Assembly: GCA_963771175.1 (NCBI GenBank)
Contig: CAVYSY010000050.1
Coordinates: 32,001-96,000 of the forward strand
From: an uncultured delta proteobacterium
Lineage (GTDB): Bacteria; Myxococcota; Myxococcia; Myxococcales; Myxococcaceae
Length of the DNA: 64,000 nucleotides
Direction: 5' to 3'
Shown: positions 60,227 to 64,000 of the stretch, piece by piece
Layout of the letters: each line of letters opens with the position of its first letter
How positions within the stretch are numbered: the first letter of the stretch is position 1
Position numbers and translations under genes: made by a program
The notes under the pieces: generated by a model
Told to the model about the DNA's origin: nothing
The model's input: the letters and a program-made list of their open reading frames with translations, nothing else
The model's database searches: none

Positions 60227-62587
60227 CTACCGGCGCCGGCCGCCGCCGCCCCGGACGCCACCACCTCCCCGGTAGGAGCTTCCGCTGCTGCGGCTTCCGC
60301 CGCTCTGGTAGCTCCCGTAGTCGCGCGTGCGCTGCGCGCCCTCTGAACGGGCGCCGTAGTCGTGGTTGAGCTGGTCGCGGGTGGTGCCGCTGAACGTGGA
60401 CTCTCCGCGCCCCGAGGGCCGGTCCACGTCTCCCCAGGACCCGTTGTCGTTCTTCTCCCAGCTCCCGCCCTCGTTGCGGTACACGTTGCCGTCGCGACCG
60501 GCGTAGATGTCGCCGCCGCCCGAGCGCGCCACTCCCCCCGTGCCGCCCGGTCCGGTGCGCGTGATGGCCTCGCCTCCGCCGCTGGTGCGCGTCGTCCGCG
60601 TGGTGGTCCCGGTCGCGCGGTTGGTCACTCGGTTGGTGCTCGCCCACTGGTCGCCGCGCTGCACCTGGGTGCTGCCCCAGCTCCCGTAGACGTTCGAGCC
60701 CTGGCGCGTCTGGCCGAAGGCGCCGGTCCGCGGGTTGTACGCCTGGCCGGCGGCGCGCGCGCCGTAGGGCCCGTAGGCCGCGGCACCGCGCGAGTAGGTG
60801 CCGGTCCTGGGGTTGTAGCGCGCCCCGACGCCGGCGCCGCCGTAGGGGCCATAGGCCACCGCGCCGCGGCTGTAGGCGCCCGTCCACGGGTTGTACGCAG
60901 CGCGGTAGCCGTACGTCGGGTAGTAGCCGAAATAGCGCGGGTAGCCCCTGTAGAAGCCGCCAAAGTAGGGCGGGTAGTACCAGCCGGTGCCCCAGACGGC
61001 ACAACCCCACGCGACCATCACGCCCGTGTACATCGCCGCCGCGGCGAAGGTCACCCATTCGTCGTCGGAGTCCTCGACGGTCACGTAGGTGACGTTGTGG
61101 GCGGGCGAGCTGATCGGAATCTCGTAGATCTCGCCCGGCACCTCGCTGGCCACCGTCCAGGGGCCGTTCGGGCTGCTGCCCATGAACCACACGCCCTCGT
61201 AGCACATGTAGTACATGTCGCCGACCTTGAGGATGCTCTTGTCGGTGTTGACGGCGCGCTCGACCTTGGCCCCCTCGATCTTCTCGAACTGGGGCTCGCC
61301 CTGGTACTCGACCTCGGGCGCCTTCACCTCCTTCTTGTTCACGCGCGCGGTCTGGGGGACCTGGGCCAGCAGCACCGCCTCCGCCGCCTGTTGCGTGCCG
61401 GGAACCGAGGCCAGCACCCGCGAGCGGGGGTGCTCGAGCGAGATCTTCTGGAAGTCGGCGGGCAGCTCCAGCGAGGCGAACTTCCAGGGACCCGTGAAGT
61501 CGGGCGCCGAGAACCAGCGCCCCGACACCAGGAAGTAGAGGGTGCCCGTCTTGCCCATCCGGAACACGTCGCTTTCGGTGTTGCTGACCCAGAGCAGGGA
61601 GGTGCCGGCGACGGGCTCGTACTTCGGCTCACCGCTGAGCAGGATCATCTCCGCGGGCGTCGTGCTCACGAACACCTGCGGCAGCTTGTCCGCGGAGAGC
61701 TTCTTGCCCGGCAGGGCGGCCTTCACGTCCTTCCAGTTCTCGTCGCCGGGAAGCTTCCCGAAGCTCTCCGGCAGCTTGCCGGCGGCGGTCCACGGGCCCT
61801 TGACGTCCTGGGCCTGGAGCCAGCTCTGCTCGTAGCGCAGGTAGTAGACCTTCGTCGGCTCGTGGAGGAAGAGGTCCCAGTTCGTGTTGACGGCGAACTT
61901 CAGGTCGTTGTCCTTGATCGGGCTCCAGATCGGGTCGCCGTCGAGGTTCACCAGCACCGCCGGCTTCGTGCTGAAGAAGATCGCCGGCGGGTCCGCCTTC
62001 ACGCCCGGCGTCTCCTTGGGAATGATCTGGCTGCGGTCGATGCTGGCCAGCACGCGGTCGAGGCCGATCACCCGGTCGTCCACCGGGAACGACTTTTCGA
62101 TCTCGTTCACGATCTCCTGCAGCTGCTCCTTGGGCAGCGTCGGGAAGTGGGACTCGGTGATCTTGAAGTCGCGGAAGCTCACCAGCCGCTCCGGCACCGC
62201 CACCTCCGTGTCGGCCTCGACCTTCACGCTGCCCAGGGCCGGCTTCTTCGCGTCCTTGGGCTCGTACGACACCGCCGCGTAGGCGGCCATGTGCTTCTGG
62301 CCCTCCCAGCTCGCCACCTGCGGCTGGTAGACGATGATGCGCCCGCCCTTGGGTGTCGTGTAGGCCCGCGGCCAGCCGCCGTCCGGCGGAGCCGAGGGGT
62401 CCGGGGAATTCGCGACCGTGGGGGCATCGGGAGGCGGGCTGGCCGAGGGCGTCGCTGGTGCGTCGGTCTTGCCCGTGGCCTGGAGCGCCGCCGACGCGGC
62501 CAGGAGCGGCGTGGCGGGTGACAGGAGCAGCGACGCCGCGGTGACGAGCGCCACCGCACCCCATCGCGCGAAAGGATTGGTCTTCAA
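60227..62587 (-). CDS. Large secreted protein (family often labelled carbohydrate-binding V/XII) with Gly/Tyr/Arg-rich tail
   Basis: Signal peptide, GWPR...YQPQ, VNTNWDLF, SGRWF, GTGWYYPP, three YNP(W/R)TG repeats. Confidence 0.85.
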   Translation of the reverse strand: MKTNPFARWGAVALVTAASLLLSPATPLLAASAALQATGKTDAPATPSASPPPDAPTVANSPDPSAPPDGGWPRAYTTPKGGRIIVYQPQVASWEGQKHMAAYAAVSYEPKDAKKPALGSVKVEADTEVAVPERLVSFRDFKITESHFPTLPKEQLQEIVNEIEKSFPVDDRVIGLDRVLASIDRSQIIPKETPGVKADPPAIFFSTKPAVLVNLDGDPIWSPIKDNDLKFAVNTNWDLFLHEPTKVYYLRYEQSWLQAQDVKGPWTAAGKLPESFGKLPGDENWKDVKAALPGKKLSADKLPQVFVSTTPAEMILLSGEPKYEPVAGTSLLWVSNTESDVFRMGKTGTLYFLVSGRWFSAPDFTGPWKFASLELPADFQKISLEHPRSRVLASVPGTQQAAEAVLLAQVPQTARVNKKEVKAPEVEYQGEPQFEKIEGAKVERAVNTDKSILKVGDMYYMCYEGVWFMGSSPNGPWTVASEVPGEIYEIPISSPAHNVTYVTVEDSDDEWVTFAAAAMYTGVMVAWGCAVWGTGWYYPPYFGGFYRGYPRYFGYYPTYGYRAAYNPWTGAYSRGAVAYGPYGGAGVGARYNPRTGTYSRGAAAYGPYGARAAGQAYNPRTGAFGQTRQGSNVYGSWGSTQVQRGDQWASTNRVTNRATGTTTRTTRTSGGGEAITRTGPGGTGGVARSGGGDIYAGRDGNVYRNEGGSWEKNDNGSWGDVDRPSGRGESTFSGTTRDQLNHDYGARSEGAQRTRDYGSYQSGGSRSSGSSYRGGGGVRGGGGRRR

Positions 62588-62690
62588 GGTATCCCCCTTG
62601 CCGTCATCAGCGGCCGAGCACGAACCGAACTCCGTGGAACTGCGCGCCCGCCAGCGCCGCCCTCACGCCTTGGGCGCTTCAGTCAGGGGG

Positions 62691-63061
62691 CTATTGCTGA
62701 GCCCGAAGCTCCACGACCCGCTGGCGCACCTCGTTCATGTCCAGCGCGCGCACCTGGCGGATGAATTCCTCGAGCTCCGCCGCCGACAGCGTTCCCGCCC
62801 GCTCGAAAAGCATGAAGCCGTCGCGGAAGGCCATCACCCCGTGGGGATGGAGCGGACCGCGAACGCGCCGGCCAGCTCCGGCTCCTTCTCGGTGTCGATC
62901 TTCCCGAAGCGGATGTCCGGGTGCTGCTCGCTGGCCTGCTCGAAGACGGGAGCGAAGGAGCGACAAGGGCCACACCAGGCGGCCCACCAGTCGAGGAGGA
63001 CAATTCCCTCCTTCGACACAATGTCCTTGAAGTTGTCCTTGCCCATTTCGATGGTCGCCAT
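62691..63061 (-). CDS. Thioredoxin, frameshift near 62840
   Basis: WAAWCGPC, RSIPT, then MAFRDG...LDMNEVR in the next frame. Confidence 0.9.
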
Positions 63062-63171
63062 GGCTCTCACGCTGTGTCTGCTCCCTGCAGAGTGCCAGTG
63101 CGACCTCGAAGGCAGGTTGGGCAGCCCCGCGGGAAGGCTGCCAGACGATTGGCGCACCGTCTGGAGTGCTC

Positions 63172-63219
63172 TCAGCCCAGCGCCTGCTGGCACTTCTCGC
63201 AGACCGGGGCTCCGGCGCC
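63172..63219 (-). pseudogene. Probable ileS 3'-terminal remnant
   Basis: Encodes GAGAPVCEKCQQALG*, like the last CxxC of the IleRS zinc finger. Confidence 0.45.
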
Positions 63220-63416
63220 TATACCGAGGCGCGGCAGTGCCTCGCCACATGCGACTTCATGGCCGCCAATCCGGGTTGACCCACCGGCAGATCAGCCACG
63301 CCCTGGGCGATGCGCGCCTCTTGCTTCACCTGCCGCCGGTCCGCCCGCGCCGCGAGCGCCGGAGTGGAGAGCGAGAATCCGAGAGCCAGAGCCACCGCCA
63401 GGGAGATGCTACGCAC
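63219..63416 (-). pseudogene. Truncated small secreted protein
   Basis: GGAGG RBS, signal peptide, ADRRQVKQEARIAQGV, then coding signal is lost. Confidence 0.6.
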
Positions 63417-64000
63417 CGAGGTCCTCCGGGAGTTGTTGGGGCGGCTCGGCGGCCTGGGGCAGGTGGGCGATGAAGGTGGTGCCCACGCCCTCCCGGCTCT
63501 CGGCGCGCAAGCTGCCTCCCAGGCTCGCCACGAGGGCATGACTCACGCTCAACCCGAGCCCGACATTCGACTTGCGCGCGGTGGCGAAGGGCTCGAAGAC
63601 GCGCGCCAGCACCTCCGGCGGCATCCCCGCCCCCGTGTCCTGCACCTCCACCACCACCTCCCCATTCGCCCCGGTGGAGGTGGCCACCCGCAGCACGTTG
63701 CGATCCGCCCCGGCATCACTCATCGCCTGCACCGCGTTGAGGAGCAGGTTGAGGAAGATCTGCAGCAGCCGCGCCTCGTCCGCGTCCACTGGAGGCACCG
63801 GCCGGAAGTCCTTCTCCAGCCGCGCCCGGTGGCGCAGCTCCCCTCGCACCAGTTTCAGCGCGTCCTCCAGCACCGCATGGACGTCCACCCGCGTCCGGTA
63901 CTCCAGCGGCTTGCGAGAGAGCGCCCGCAGATCCTGGACGATGAGCCGCAGCCGGTCCGCTCCTTCCGTCGTCTCGCCCAGCGCTTCCAGCACGTCTTCC
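63409..64000 (-). CDS. Histidine kinase, C-terminal HATPase part (truncated by window edge)
   Basis: QIFLNLLLNAVQA, DTGAGM, GLGLS. Confidence 0.92.
   Translation of the reverse strand, partial: EDVLEALGETTEGADRLRLIVQDLRALSRKPLEYRTRVDVHAVLEDALKLVRGELRHRARLEKDFRPVPPVDADEARLLQIFLNLLLNAVQAMSDAGADRNVLRVATSTGANGEVVVEVQDTGAGMPPEVLARVFEPFATARKSNVGLGLSVSHALVASLGGSLRAESREGVGTTFIAHLPQAAEPPQQLPEDLGA

Noticed and set aside
1..64000. tRNA, rRNA, integrase, transposase or reverse transcriptase genes
   Set aside because: None recognised by eye; small RNAs could have been missed without a covariance search.

Overview
High-GC myxobacterial chromosome segment (Archangium/Cystobacter-like, inferred from DUF2378, a MYXO-CTERM tail, SitA/SitI-type toxin genes and many lipoproteins). 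The backbone holds the dusA 3' end, SDR, P450, 5'-nucleotidase, an NTP-transporter/HEAT/cNMP protein, mgtA, a Zn-ADH, a GH88 enzyme, several histidine kinases, a ClpC-like ATPase, a Yip1-TolC-MFP-ABC exporter operon, GST/LysR and thioredoxin, broken up by accessory insertions. Best candidate for an undescribed system: a 2.8-kb integrase-free cassette (13240-16049) bounded on each side by a doublet of the perfect palindrome CTTCTGGACGTCCAGAAG, the two doublets forming an inverted repeat. It carries a SitA5-type lipoprotein toxin with a CdiA-like tRNase tip, a SitI3-type immunity gene with an in-frame TGA, a decayed second immunity paralog, a DUF3892-like fragment and a run of hairpins. Second pattern: accessory blocks bracketed by short scraps of housekeeping genes (a 27-bp dusA duplication, two msrA fragments around a 4.9-kb island with an EEP-like orphan, and a probable ileS tail). 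Many single-base frameshifts, very dense at 44.9-49.6 kb, look like sequencing errors. All family assignments come from motif recognition by eye; no searches were run.
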